A DNA stretch of 47,654 nucleotides from Octopus bimaculoides (lineage: Eukaryota): assembly GCF_001194135.2 (NCBI RefSeq), contig NC_068985.1:67102494-67150147 (forward strand). The letters are read 5' to 3'. Position 1 is the stretch's first letter. Every line of letters begins with the position of its first letter. Position numbers and translations under genes: made by a program. Below the pieces are notes generated by a model. That model did not search any database, was not told the DNA's origin, and worked only from the letters and a program-made list of their open reading frames with translations. This document shows, piece after piece, positions 12,201 to 25,193 of the stretch.

Positions 12201-14329
12201 NNNNNNNNNNNNNNNNNNNNNNNNNNNNNNNNNNNNNNNNNNNNNNNNNNNNNNNNNNNNNNNNNNNNNNNNNNNNNNNNNNNNNNNNNNNNNNNNNNNN
12301 NNNNNNNNNNNNNNNNNNNNNNNNNNNNNNNNNNNNNNNNNNNNNNNNNNNNNNNNATATATATATATATATACACACATAGATAAATTAACTCATACAA
12401 ACACATAACACACAGGAACATCCCGATCAAATACTTTTTAGCGATCCAGTAACGATTATGATTATGCATTTGCGGTACATTAGCTTCACGTATGCAAGAC
12501 AGTTTCCATCAGGTGGTTAATGATTAATGTTTAATTCTAGGACACATTTTCTCACTTCAATCTATTGTTATCCTATTAATCATTAAATGTATGTGTGTCT
12601 CTTACTTAATTTACAAGCACATGCGCATTTAGACTGATAGCTACTTATTTTAATACTTCCATATGAATTCGCACCTGTTCACACAAGACTAGAAGGAAAG
12701 TAATTTTACGCAATTTTATTACAGCATATTTTTCTTCTCGGTACTTTTTATATCGGCATCACAGAAATATTTTTCTTCTTTCCATCGAGAGATTATTAAC
12801 TCACAACTTTTAACGTTCTTATCATTTAAGTTATGTTCAATTTGCACAACAGGGCAGATGTCGAAAACATAGAATACGTAAACAATATTACATGAAACAC
12901 ACTATTAAGATAAAAAAAAAGAACACTGCATATACTCCTAAAGTTACTCTATAACAATACGGAGAGTATAAAGACATCGCTTGTTGAGAATTACCGAACA
13001 TGAATGTTGTATTTGTTTCGCCATCTTCTCATTCGGCATACAATTAAATGGCATTCTGAAGTTTAATTGGAGATTTCACACGTAATATACAGTTTATAGT
13101 TGGTTCATGTTGCTAGTACATCCACGGTTGGTATCCACAAAGTACCCTCCCTGTAATCACTATTTTTCATTCTGTGAGTGGACATAGCGTTGATCTTGAG
13201 AACTAGCCTATGTACCTAATATCGGTCTAAATATTATGAAGGTCTAGAGAGCTTACTACAACAATGAAGGACAAGATTTGACGGAAAAGAAACGTGGCTG
13301 TAAATGGAAGATATAAAGTAGCTCACCCAGGTAGAGAGCAGATTTAGATTAACGTCGAATACTCTGAACACATTCACAAAGTTCAATTAGTTCAGCTCTA
13401 GCCCATAATCTCAGGCAGATGCATCCACTGATGTCAATGTTGAGTGGTTCAAATGAAGGAAAAAAATTGGAGATCTCTATGACTAGAAGACGTTAACAGT
13501 TTTAAAATCACGATATATAAAATGAGGAAGCAATGACATGTAACTTTGTGGATCCCAATTTTGGCCGGCATCAGGTTAGCAAGAGCAGAGTGTTGTAGAT
13601 GGTTTGCTTGAAGCTTACTTTAATGCTAGTCGGCAATGAATAGGTGTTGGGGTCGAGGAGTGCATCTCCCATGCAGCCGTGTAATGTGAAGGGTATTGAA
13701 TAATATGAAATGGATAAAAGAACATATGAATGGATGTATTGAAAAACAGCGATTGTTAAAATCACTGCGTATTCGACCGCGCTAACTTCTTAAATAAGTG
13801 CAAAGAAATGCTCTTCTTGCGGCAAATAATGTAGATAATTTCATGGTGAATACTGAGTTTTTGGGCAGGTGATGAGCATTACTTATATCTACCACGAAAC
13901 CGTAACCAAAACGAGTGACAAGTAAGATCAAAGTAACGGTTTGATATTTATTATTAAAAAAGAATTCATTGAATTTCGATATCTACCGAGCAAAACTAGA
14001 AACCTGGATGAAATGCAATGAAAATTGTGTGTAAAAATATGCACGTGTGTATGTGTGGGTGACGGCGTCACTTGATGTAACGATTTAAGAAAACAAACCG
14101 ATGATTAAACATTACTTTCATTTATTTAATCGCTTACAATCCAACCAATGTTTTTTTATTCATTTTAATACATACTATTTTAAATATGATAATTTTAAAT
14201 TAGCATTGAAATATTTCTTTTAGTGTTAATAACGCCACTTAAATGAAGTGTATTTAAAGCTTGTAAACGATAATCAGTATGCCCATTTGATACGAAGCTG
14301 AATATGATCGTGCAGTCCATTTATTGGAA

Positions 14330-15050
14330 ATCTAAAGTTCCATGCTCACTCGAGCACTTACCTTAATTCATTCAATGGATCTTAATTCGGAGAATAATCT
14401 GTCCACTGTAGCAACGGAGTTTTCTTGGTTTGAGAAATTCTACACTTATTCCTGTGGTGTCTTTCTTGTCCCAATCTTGCCAAAATATCCAAAAACAGAC
14501 ATCTATTTGTATATGTGTTTCTGATCTAATGTATGGAGCACTCAACATTTTTAGACACGCCTCCAAAATATGATATCACCACCATCATGTCAAACATTTG
14601 GATTAATCCACTCTTCTTCAGCACACGTCAGATGTATATTTGTTAGTTAGAACTGCAAAATTAAATTTCTGGCCATTGGATTAAAATGTCATGCGACTAT
14701 CCGATGACGTCTATGTTTTATGTCTCCCAGGGATATAAATAACACCATATTAATATTTCAGAAATATCTATCAACGTTGCCCAAAATTTTAAACTGATTT
14801 ACCTCACGGTATTTTAATGGAAGAGGCACTAGTCTTCATCTTGGTTTCCTGCTAAATATCATCCCAAAAGACAATAGCAAACATTTTTCTTTGTTCTATT
14901 GATGAAGTGATTTCGTGCTCTCCCTGACTGACTAGAGAAAGAATAGTCACCAATTCTGATGAAGATATAAACCACAAAGCCAGTTGTATTTACTGATCCT
15001 CCAAGTTTGGGATTTATTGATCAAATGCAAGCCGACAACTGTTGACAGCC
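14330..15050 (-). pseudogene. Highly degraded Tc1-like transposase remnant
   Basis: Frame-hopping fragments WIFWQDWDKKDT...VEFLK and LLQWTDYSPN*DPLNEL resemble the FQQDNxxxH and WPxxSPDLNPIE motifs; no TIRs identified. Confidence 0.35.
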
Positions 15051-15437
15051 TTTCGATTATGTTTTTGCAAATTACGTATGGTAATAATGAAAAGCTTTTT
15101 TGCTTATCTATCGACAGAAATAGGAATATATAACGAATAATTATTATTAGTGTGTCATACGCAGATTAAGAAAATTTATTCAAATTTATAATGAAATATT
15201 TCTAAGACATTGAAAAAAAGTATGGCATTCATATTTTGGGATTTAATCATTTCAATATTGCGAAGATATACGTGAGTTTAAATTTATTGAAAAGACTAAC
15301 AAAAATACCTAATGAGTGGATGTATGNNNNNNNNNNNNNNNNNNNNNNNNNNNNNNNNNNNNNNNNNNNNNNNNNNNNNNNNNNNNNNNNNNNNNNNNNN
15401 NNNNNNNNNNNNNNNNNNNNNNNNNNNNNNNNNNNNN

Positions 15438-15505
<68 letters not shown>

Positions 15506-15721
15506 TATATATATATGTATGTATGTATTTATTTTCTCTTAGTTAATAATTAACTCTGACAAAATAAAATGGTTAATAGTTACCAGGGTAGCAAAGTCCA
15601 CAAAATAACTTTGGTGTAACACCTGTTAATGAGGTAGAAACTCCCTGTAAATTTGAGGTATATTGAATAAATATACGTCTAAATAAATAGAGTTATACGC
15701 ATGTATTAAATGATTTCTTTT

Positions 15722-15811
15722 ATTTCCGACATATGTTTCGAAGATTAAAATTGGTTCATTCCAAATGAATGAATGATGTTGAGAAAGATGTAATCTTCTC
15801 TTCAGGGAAAT
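15722..15811 (-). ncRNA. Type I minimal hammerhead ribozyme candidate with intact core
   Basis: Minus strand: ATTTCC-CTGAAGA-GAAGATTA-(43 nt loop with a TTCATTC/GAATGAA hairpin)-TAATCTTC-GAAA-CATATG-TC-GGAAAT; stems I (6 bp) and II (8 bp) perfect; palindromic stem III ACATATGT; GUC site. Confidence 0.9.
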
Positions 15812-15859
15812 GCATAAAAATCAACTCAACCGTAAGACATTATTACCGAATGACATTAT

Positions 15860-16620
15860 GTATATATATCACACACACATATACACACGCACACACAAAC
15901 ACACGCACGCATATCGACACGCACATACACACACTTGCACGCATGCGCACATATACCTTCAACACACACAATACACATACACTATTACACACACATGGGC
16001 ACAAACACACATGCACATACACACACATAAGCACGTAATCGCACGCAGGCACGCACGCATATACTCACAGGTACGTACATATACGCCTACATAAACCCCA
16101 CACACAACCCCCACACAACCCACGCACACACGCATACACAAATTCACATACACACATATATATATATATATATATACATACACTCAATATATACATACAC
16201 GAACACACACGCATACACATACGCATACACATATAGACACATACACACACGCACACATGCACATGAATGCACACATACCTGATCCTCACAACCACACGCA
16301 TACACGTATACACACTCGCATACACACACGCACGCATACACGCACACACAACTACAGGCGCATACACATACACACGCACACTCACTCTCACACAAACGCA
16401 CCTATACGCCCCTACACAACCCCTCATTCACACACACACATGCACAAACACACATACACATGCACAGACACATGCACACACACAAAATACACACGCACAT
16501 ACACACACATGTACATACACATACACTCACATGCACACATATATATACCCACGCACACACACACACACACACACAGACTTTCGCCCACGCACATACCCAC
16601 ACATACACACACATACCTTC
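15860..16620. repeat. Degenerate (CA)n/(TA)n compound microsatellite field
   Basis: Continuous alternating purine-pyrimidine CA/TA/CG repeats. Confidence 0.95.
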
Positions 16621-16791
16621 TCTTGCACTGTCCTGTCTTTGAAAAGAACTCTTTCTTCACCCTTTCCTCTCCGGTCATTCCAATATGTGAGCGCATGTGT
16701 ATCGTTGGCGATTTTCTTTCTCCGTCTTCCCTTCTTTGGACTTTTTCTATATATCTGATGAAGAGCTCCGCTTGAAACATGAAATCCTCAT
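16620..16791 (+). mobile_element. Probable PLE terminal-repeat fragment with a degenerate hammerhead-like core, cut by a gap
   Basis: CTGATGA-A-GAGC-TCC-GCTT-GAAAC at 16755-16778; stem III and stem I partners not evident before the Ns. Confidence 0.4.
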
Positions 16792-17173
16792 NNNNNNNNN
16801 NNNNNNNNNNNNNNNNNNNNNNNNNNNNNNNNNNNNNNNNNNNNNNNNNNNNNNNNNNNNNNNNNNNNNNNNNNNNNNNNNNNNNNNNNNNNNNNNNNNN
16901 NNNNNNNNNNNNNNNNNNNNNNNNNNNNNNNNNNNNNNNNNNNNNNNNNNNNNNNNNNNNNNNNNNNNNNNNNNATATGCATTTAAATATTTACATTGGA
17001 ATTTAAGGAAGACATGAGAGTTGATGTAGAGAGTTTCTGTGTATCAAGTGCTCAAGAGTCTGAGCAGTTTAGATTGCGGATCGTGCCTTTAATTTGAGGG
17101 AATTTTCATATATCTTACAAAAACCGCCAGATTATTTATCTCTGGTTATCTCTGAATTGACAACATACTACTG

Positions 17174-17200
17174 CCCCCCTTTTTTTTTCACTAGGTAAGT
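17174..17200 (+). promoter_or_regulatory. Candidate recursive splice site (3' splice site fused to 5' splice site)
   Basis: 16-nt pure pyrimidine tract (17174-17189), TAG (17192-17194) immediately followed by GTAAGT (17195-17200), with a branch-point-like CATACTACT just upstream. Confidence 0.35.
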
Positions 17201-18403
17201 GAAAATGCATACTGACCTCTTTTTGTATACACTACCAGATAACTTCATATTTATGTATGCTTGAATGTCAATTCCGCTGCTGATGAAAACACATAAGAGG
17301 GATATAGCTGAAGATTTTAAAATTTAGAAATACATTTTATCTTACTCGAGTGAATCAAATTCCTTTCCTCGACTAACGTAATTTATTTTATGGGGTGCAA
17401 ATACAAGAATTTTGTAGTGGGAGCTTTTAATAGTTGGTGCTGGAATTAAAGGTATGTACATTGAAAAAATAAATGAAATAGAAATGAATTTGTTTGTACC
17501 AACTTCAGTTTCACTATTCTAAAATTTTAACTTCTTCATCTTTGCAATGTTCAAACATTTTAGAATAATATCACCATTAAAAAAAAAAAAATTCTTACTA
17601 GGCCATTCATTTTACCGGTAAAATAGTTTACAGTTAACAAATAACTGCTATTGATAGAAACCTCACAAAGTATAAAACTTAAATCAATTGGACTTTACAA
17701 AATAACATAAAATTGTAAAAAAAAGACAAAGAAATTTTATGTACCATGGTAAGTTAATCATTTCTAAATGCCAATGTAGAACTTGAGATGATGGAGAAAT
17801 TGCTAGTAAACCAAAAGTAAATAAATTATTTACTGCCAGTCAGAAAGCAGATGAGCTAATATGATTCCACTGGTTTTAGCGAAAGCGAGCCCTAATCAGT
17901 TTGATGAAAAGCATTTTGAAAACGCAAAACGTTTCCTCCTCGCTATGGTGTTGAAGTATTAAATATTTTAAATGATTTGAATTTATCCAAGCGTTACCAT
18001 TTAATCCCTCTAACATCCACAAGTCCTTTTCTAAAGTAGGAAATACACGCTGCTATAATATCTCCTGGATACAGACTTATAACTGAAGACAAATAACCGA
18101 GTTAGGAGGTAGCCAACAATTTTAGATAGTACGGTAATTTATTTTATTGCAAATGTGTCTCCAATTTCCTTCTCACATTGAACAGACCAGTAACTTTTTA
18201 TATATTTAAAAGAATCCTGCAATACAAATCGAAGTAACTGGTCTCATATTCAAAGAATGAATCCTAACAACTTGCAACGTATAAATTATTTTCAGATTTT
18301 AAATATCACATTGTCATTTAACACTTAAGAATTTTTCAAATGCCATCCCAGGCATTTTACAAACACACGTTCATATATATATACAGAAGCATGTGTTTAT
18401 GTG

Positions 18404-18483
<80 letters not shown>

Positions 18484-18624
18484 TGTGTGTGCGTGTGTGT
18501 ATCTACATATAAATGCATTTATATATATATATGCGTATATATGTGTATATATATATGTATTTATATGTGTGTATATGTATACTTACATATATACACTATA
18601 TATATATATATATTTATATATATA

Positions 18625-19090
18625 CTAGCAGTATAACTCGACGTTGTCCGGGTATGACTTATTACGCCATCTACAATAAGTCTTGCTCGGTGAAAATCAA
18701 CTAAAAATCAACGAAAAAACCCTAATTCAAAAGACGATGAAATTAATAGGGAACGTGTGAAGGCTGTTTTGCGTAAGATTATTAAGCGTACGTAAATTTC
18801 ATCCGTCTAATTGGCTACAGAAATGCTTGTGCAAAACAACTTTTTGCGCTGCCTTGATTATACATAGCAGGGTAATTCCTTTTAGCAGGAGGTAGGACGG
18901 AAATTTCTGATGAAGCAATTGCTGGTGATCTGTTGCTACACAGTTCAGCCAGATTGGGCAGTAGATGTTGATGCACCAATTTGCATTATGTTCAAAGTAG
19001 CTTCTGGAATGTGTTGAATTGCAGCAGTCTGTTGCTGTCTTTTTAAACCGGTTGCCTTCTTTCCCCAGCACGCTGTCTTGTTTGGAGGCA
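18625..19090 (-). mobile_element. Helitron-like non-autonomous element, 3' end
   Basis: Minus strand ends CCCGGACAACGTCGAG-TTATACTG-CTAG|T, a degenerate version of the hairpin plus CTAG end at 42959-42986; 5' boundary uncertain. Confidence 0.55.
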
Positions 19091-19163
19091 TAATCTATAT
19101 ACATATTAAAGAGAACAACAAAAGTTATAACAGATGGCGGGGTCGGTAGTCTTCAGATTATGG

Positions 19164-19279
19164 TAATTTTTCAGATTAACACCCGCACGATTACGTAACC
19201 CTAAAACCCTAACCCTGACCCAAAAACCGTAACCCTAACACCGTAGTGAAAATCGTGCGGGTGTTAATCTGAAAAATTA
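19164..19279. mobile_element. Short foldback MITE enclosing degenerate telomere-like (CCCTAA)n repeats
   Basis: Perfect 29-bp inverted repeat TAATTTTTCAGATTAACACCCGCACGATT (19164-19192) / 19251-19279 around AACCCTAAAACCCTAACCCTGACCC...AACCCTAA. Confidence 0.75.
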
Positions 19280-19819
19280 TCCACATTTATAATGAAGTTC
19301 ACTGATTTCCAATGTGTTGTCCATAAGCTCCATAGTTTGTATATTTACAAAACATTGACAAAAATGAGTTATCTTGTAGTGAATGCTTGAGCGTACGTGC
19401 GCGTGTATGCGTTTGAGAGAGCGAGAGAGAAGAGGGAGAGAAGAAAAGAGAGAGAGGGGGAGAAAGGAATAGAGAACAGAAGCAACGAAGAAAGAGAAAG
19501 AGAGCAAGGGAAAACGGAAGACAGTTATAAAATAGCAATGCGTGCACATGTCTATATATAAAAAAAATGACAGGTATTTGTATGTATGTGTGTATTGATG
19601 TGCATTCTGTGTGTATATATATATGGTAGTAAGTAAATGCGTTTTAAGAAAGATATTTAAAAAATTCAGTTTGTAAGGAATAAATGTTTGACTGTCGATC
19701 GTATTTGGAAGAGACTGACAGGTATTTGTATGTATGTGTTTATTTGTATGTATGTGTGTATTTGTACGTATGTATGTATGAGTGTGTATTCAAAAACATC
19801 TATATTTACACTTTAAAGT

Positions 19820-20055
19820 TGGTTTTGACACTCAACCCTGTTCTGGAGAATCACTGTAGCGACGGGAGGTTTGTGCCAATCTATACGTTCTGAGTTCTAA
19901 TTCCGCCGAAGTCGACTTTGCCTTTCATCCTTACGGGGTCTAAAAAATAAGTACCAGTTGAACACAGGGGTCGATATAAGCGACTATTCTCCACCTGGCC
20001 GAAGCTGCCCTTGTGGGAAAGATTTAAAATAATAATAACAATAATAATAATAATG
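19820..20055 (+). mobile_element. SINE, family A, with (AAT)n tail
   Basis: Core GTTCTGAGTTCTAATTCCGCCGAAGTCGACTTTGCCTTTCATCC...AAGTACCAGTTG shared with copies at 33690, 36930 and 37450. Confidence 0.75.
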
Positions 20056-20837
20056 ACCTCTGCCGATCAAATCCCCACCCACACACACACACTAAATAAA
20101 AAAAATGTTAGTAAGTAAAAGTGTTTTAAGGAACTCACAATTTGTAGGGAATAAATGTTTGTCGATCGTATTTGAAAAAGATGTGTGACTATTTTTTTCT
20201 GTTGTTATCATGGTGAAGGACGAGTTAGAAATAACTTACAATTCCCGCCAATTAGAATGAGGTATGTATGTATATATGTATGTAGTATTAAAATGAAACC
20301 ATTAAAGTGAAACCGTCATTACAGTATCGAAATGTGATTGTTTCAGAGTTGATACTGAAATAGTTTTCTTTTACTGTCAGTGTTTCTCCTTCCTTTCTTT
20401 TTGTATTTGTTGTTGAATTGTTCGTAAAGGTTCATAAGTGAAAGTAGGAGTTGAAAAGATTTGTATTAGAAAGAGGAAATTAGATTTTNNNNNNNNNNNN
20501 NNNNNNNNNNNNNNNNNNNNNNNNNNNNNNNNNNNNNNNNNNNNNNNNNNNNNNNNNNNNNNNNNNNNNNNNNNNNNNNNNNNNNNNNNNNNNNNNNNNN
20601 NNNNNNNNNNNNNNNNNNNNNNNNNNNNNNNNNNNNNNNNNNNNNNNNNNNNNNNNNNNNNNNNNNNNNNNNNNNNNNNNNNNNNNNNNNNNNNNNNNNN
20701 NNNNNNNNNNNNNNNNNNNNNNNNNNNNNNNNNNNNNNNNNNNNNNNNNNNNNNNNNNNNNNNNNNNNNNNNNNNNNNNNNNNNNNNNNNNNNNNNNNNN
20801 NNNNNNNNNTATATATATATATATATATATGTATACA

Positions 20838-21600
20838 CATGGTCTGATCAATAAGTATCCAGACTGTTGCCATAGTACCGAAGCGAAAGCACGCAAAGAG
20901 AAGATGCTTCGTAAAGATTGATCTTGAACTCTACTGTCCCTGTAGAGTAAGTGTTAACGTTCTAGCTCACTTCCGCTGTTTACAGCAGTGATTGGAAGGA
21001 CGGTTTGTAGCGTGTGATTGTCTCATTAACCATGACAGAGAAACTTGTGAGGGCAGTACCTGTTAAGTGAAACTTGCGGAAACTGTATGGAGAGGACTGA
21101 ATGCGCTGCACAGAAGTATACGAGTGGTTCAAATGTTTTGAAGATGGCTGAAATATATCGATATTGACGAAATGAGAAATGAGAAAAGCATCGAAGATGT
21201 GCGTGTAGCTATGAGAGGAAATCGTCGAATCACCATTCGTGAGTTATCAGAGCAGAGGATGTGCAGATTAGTTAGGGAGCAATTCAGTCCATTAACACAG
21301 AAGTTTTGTGTATGTGACACGTGTCTTCTAAGTTTGTGCAACAATTACCTTCAGCCGATTAAAAAGACACTTGGGTTTCCGTTGCACAAGATCTCTTTGA
21401 TTGTGTCGAAAATGAAGACGTTTTAGAAAGCTTTGCGTACGCCTCTGAGCAGGTATCGCCAAGATTTTGGCACAAATTGTTGTAGATTCTCTGCTGAAAT
21501 TTCCCTGGCATGATCAATACTATGTTTACACGCTGCACACATCCCTTCCAAGCACTGCTGTAAACAGTGAAAGTGAGCTAGAACGCTAAAACTTAATGCG
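20838..21600 (+). mobile_element. Mariner-derived foldback element (long 5' arm plus inverted short 5' arm), right end truncated
   Basis: TIR GGTCTGATCAATAAGTATCC, transposase N-terminal remnant (RRITIRELSE...), then the reverse complement of its own 5' UTR; same junction as 25194-25988. Confidence 0.8.
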
Positions 21601-21645
21601 CCTGCGAGGATGATGAGGCGATTGAAAAGGATACTGGCGAATATT

Positions 21646-21735
21646 TTACTTGCAATATTTAGGAGTGAGATGCCCCAATAGTTGTTGCAATCCTCTCGGT
21701 CTCCATTCTGGTAGACGGTGTTGATAGTTGCATCG
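21646..21735 (-). mobile_element. Small RTE-clade RT fragment
   Basis: NDFSDATINTVYQNGDREDCNNYWGISLLNIAS matches the RTE motif DAxIxxxYKxKGDRxDCxNYRGISLL. Confidence 0.6.
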
Positions 21736-21862
21736 GAGAAGTCGTTCTACCTCAGATTTGCGTTTGGCCGTACGGCTTTTGAATGTTGTTTTCACTGTCC
21801 ATTTTTTCCTGTCTTGGTTTGTGTTTGCCACCTTGGAATCCTCTGTGTAGTGGGTTGATCCA

Positions 21863-21918
21863 CTACTCAGGAAGAGACTATTCTAGAGTACGTTCTGTCT
21901 TGTCTTCGAAACGTCTAG
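21863..21918 (+). ncRNA. Degenerate type I hammerhead-like relic
   Basis: CTA-CTCAGGA-AGAGAC...GTCTTC-GAAA-CGTC-TAG; minimal ACGT stem III, but the core has C in place of the conserved G and stem I is only 3 bp. Confidence 0.35.
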
Positions 21919-24900
21919 ATAGAATAGAGACAGCTGATGAAGGGATATTCCAAGGGGCTTTCCGTTTTCCTATGTGTTCGTTCCGTTGTCTGTAGTTTAT
22001 TGTTCTAACGTCCTGTACCCTGATATGCATGTATATACACATGTAGATGTAAGTATGTACATATATGTGTGTATACATGTATATATATTCTTTGTATTAT
22101 TATATATACATACACGCACATACACACGCATATATACTCATGCACGCATCACTACGCTCATATACACATCTCTACACGCACACACACATACATACGCAGA
22201 TATACAAAGCGTAGTTCATACGCACATACATTAACCTACACTGAAAGACGTACATACAAATAAAAACACATACGCAAAAGACGGAAACCGTAAAACATTC
22301 ACACTCGCTGCAAACTTGAATGTACAAATGTGTTATATATGTATATACACAAATAAACCCTCTTGTCTGCCAAACGCATCTATACCTGCAGGTATATAAA
22401 CATATATACATACATATATGTATGAAGGAAGGAGACAAGTACAACAGGTAGAGTCTTGCGCTCGTATATATACAATCAATTGTACACATGTATATATGGA
22501 CTCACATACATATTAGGTATATTCTACACGCGTATAAGTTAAACAATTATAAAGGATGAAATATAATATACAGAAAAATATACAAAGCAATTAAATATTT
22601 ATAAGAAATATGTAAGAGATATTAAGACATAGGAAAGGCTTGTACGTGGACATACTATAAAAAGCAGGTTCTATCCGTGATCTTGAGCGTTCCAAAACCG
22701 TAGCAAATGTTTTACCATATATGGACATGACCCAAAACTTCCGTTCCTGAATTTGGACATGCAGCGGGGTCTAAAGAACTTTTCCAGATGTGTCATCTTT
22801 CCATTTGGCCGGTGTATGGTAAATGCGGCCATAAGATTTCAGGATATTTTTCTTTAATGGTGTTATATATTTAGCAGGCAACTGTTTCTATCGTAATTAT
22901 AATTTACTGCTATTGCTTCCAACAAGAACTTCGAACAAACCCAATAATAATAGCAATACGTGAACAACGAAAATATCGACATCGATAACATTGACACTTA
23001 TGAAAACAACAATACCAGAAACAGCAATTAACTCTTCTGTCATAATTAACTACTCTTCCACTACAACAAAGCAGATAACCTCAAAGGAAACAGCAATATC
23101 ATAGATAAGGAAACAGAATGAACAGCAAGAGAATCAATAATGAAGACAGCGTCAATAGTACAAATAACAAAATCAGCAAAACTAACAATGGTAAATGCAG
23201 AAAAAAATATTTCTTTCATCGTATCAAAAAAAGGGTGGACAACACATAGACTTAGTGGACAAACAAAGCTAAAAGTGTATGAATGATATCGTCCACCCTG
23301 AAATGATGCCGTCCTCAGTAAACGAAAACAAAAAGATGGACAGCTTCACGTGCATCAGTCGTACAGCTAGGAATATGTAATATGTATCACAAACGAAATC
23401 AGGAAATTTGTGAAAGAGGTATGGTCACCATGGTCGTATAACTTGATTAAAGCAGGAAACCTGAAGGAGAGCTGTAAGCATATGCAGTGAACGTAGAGGT
23501 TCTTGATTTGAGAGGACACGAGTGGAGAATTAAATTGCTTTATTACTATTATGGTCAAATTTGTTAGGCATTGGATATGGAAAGGGTCACATACAACAGA
23601 AAAAAAAAACGTCAGAAAGGCTTACACTTGAATGGCTGTCTACGAAGAGATTACAGTCAGACGAACCTGTTAACCTATATTTCAAAACTGTTAAGATCAG
23701 ACGTAACATGACGGGAATCAACCAAAGCAATGGGAAGATGACACAGTAAAAAAAATCCGAGCCCGGATGTACTCTGACTAGTAATCTATTGTGACAACAG
23801 TTAACCGAGTTGACAAAGCGATGGAGTTTTATATATAAGAAAATATGTGTGTGGCTGTGTATGTGTGTATGTGTGTGAGTGTGTATGCGTGCGTGCATGC
23901 GTGTGTGTGTGTGTGAGGGGGGGTGCTGGTGGTGGTGGTGGTGGGCTGAAAAATAATTCAGCATTATCAAAAAGTAAACCCCATGAAAATAAATGATTGA
24001 AAATAGATTCCTCGTAGTAAAATTAAAAAGTCACTTGGTTGGCTAAAAATGCATTGCTATCTGCCGAATGTATTAGTTCAAAGAATTAAACATTTGTTCT
24101 TACTCGCTCATTGTATGTATCTAACAATAGTAAAGAGCTTACTGTATTGGTGAAGATAAAGCTGTGCCAATTTCAAAGAATATAGTTTGAAATTACTTTA
24201 GGGTATAAACATCATAGATAATGCAGAATTCAGTATATCTCAAATGCCCTATGCATCATGGAGATAGAATTTTGAGTAGGCTTTATAAAATAACTGAATC
24301 TAAAGAATTCCTTTGTTAAAAGATTATAGCATTACCTTTTATGAGTTGCCTTTTTATTTCCTAAGTTTCTTTTATAAACAATCTATTTTCCCTATTTCAT
24401 TCAATGCATTTCTTGATGTAAGGTCTTTATCTATTTCATTTTTTAAAGTTGCAAGTTTCTAATTATCTTAATATATATATTTTCAATCATCCTTTTCAAA
24501 CTTCAGTTGTAATTTTGAAAAGTACAACATAAACTTCATTTATTTACGGCAATGTTGGCTAAGTGAATGTATCCAAGTAGCAGCAAAAAAATTAAGAACG
24601 AAAATGATTTCAACTTCAAGAACCAGAGGTTGTTTCACTTCCACAAAATAAAGCGAAAATTTAAACTGTAATATATGCTATAAAAATGATATTTCGCTTG
24701 TAATTTCAATATACTATAGACTAAATGAGAAAATAATTAGTTTAAACTAAGCACAAATATTTTAACGTAAAGCATTTTCATGCTATATTTTTTTTCTATT
24801 CACTATCATTTATTTTAACGGTGCCTCTTTCGACATTTTATGGCATTTAGTTTAAATAATACGTTAAATTCATACATAATCTTCTTGAAAAAGTGTTTAG

Positions 24901-25193
24901 AAATTTTGATGTTATATGAAGTGAAGCTTGGATTTGTGTAGAAATACCAACAGAATTGGAAATGTTTAATTGATGATATGTTTAAATTATTTGAAGCACA
25001 AGCTTAGCAGTCTAGCAGTTGGTCTATGCTACTTGTCATCTTTCTATAATTTTACGTCATCTTTTCTTTGCATAAAATGTATTCCACGTACCCACAAAAA
25101 CAGCCTATCCATTTCTAAAAGTAAATGTTCATTTTTTAATAGGACGTTTATGTTGCTGTCTGCATTGACTATGTATCTGTACATTTTCACATA

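Noticed and set aside
15769-16775. His/Thr-rich and Cys/Val-rich ORFs (also at 22069-22489, 35435-35727, 42365-42867, 46328-47520)
   Set aside because: Translations of CA/TA/TATG microsatellites; no protein signal.
18907-18923. CTGATGA followed by the palindrome AGCAATTGCT
   Set aside because: No GAAA follows and the other stems are missing.
19193-19250. True telomere or chromosome-fusion scar
   Set aside because: The repeats are few, degenerate, in one orientation only and enclosed by a perfect inverted repeat.
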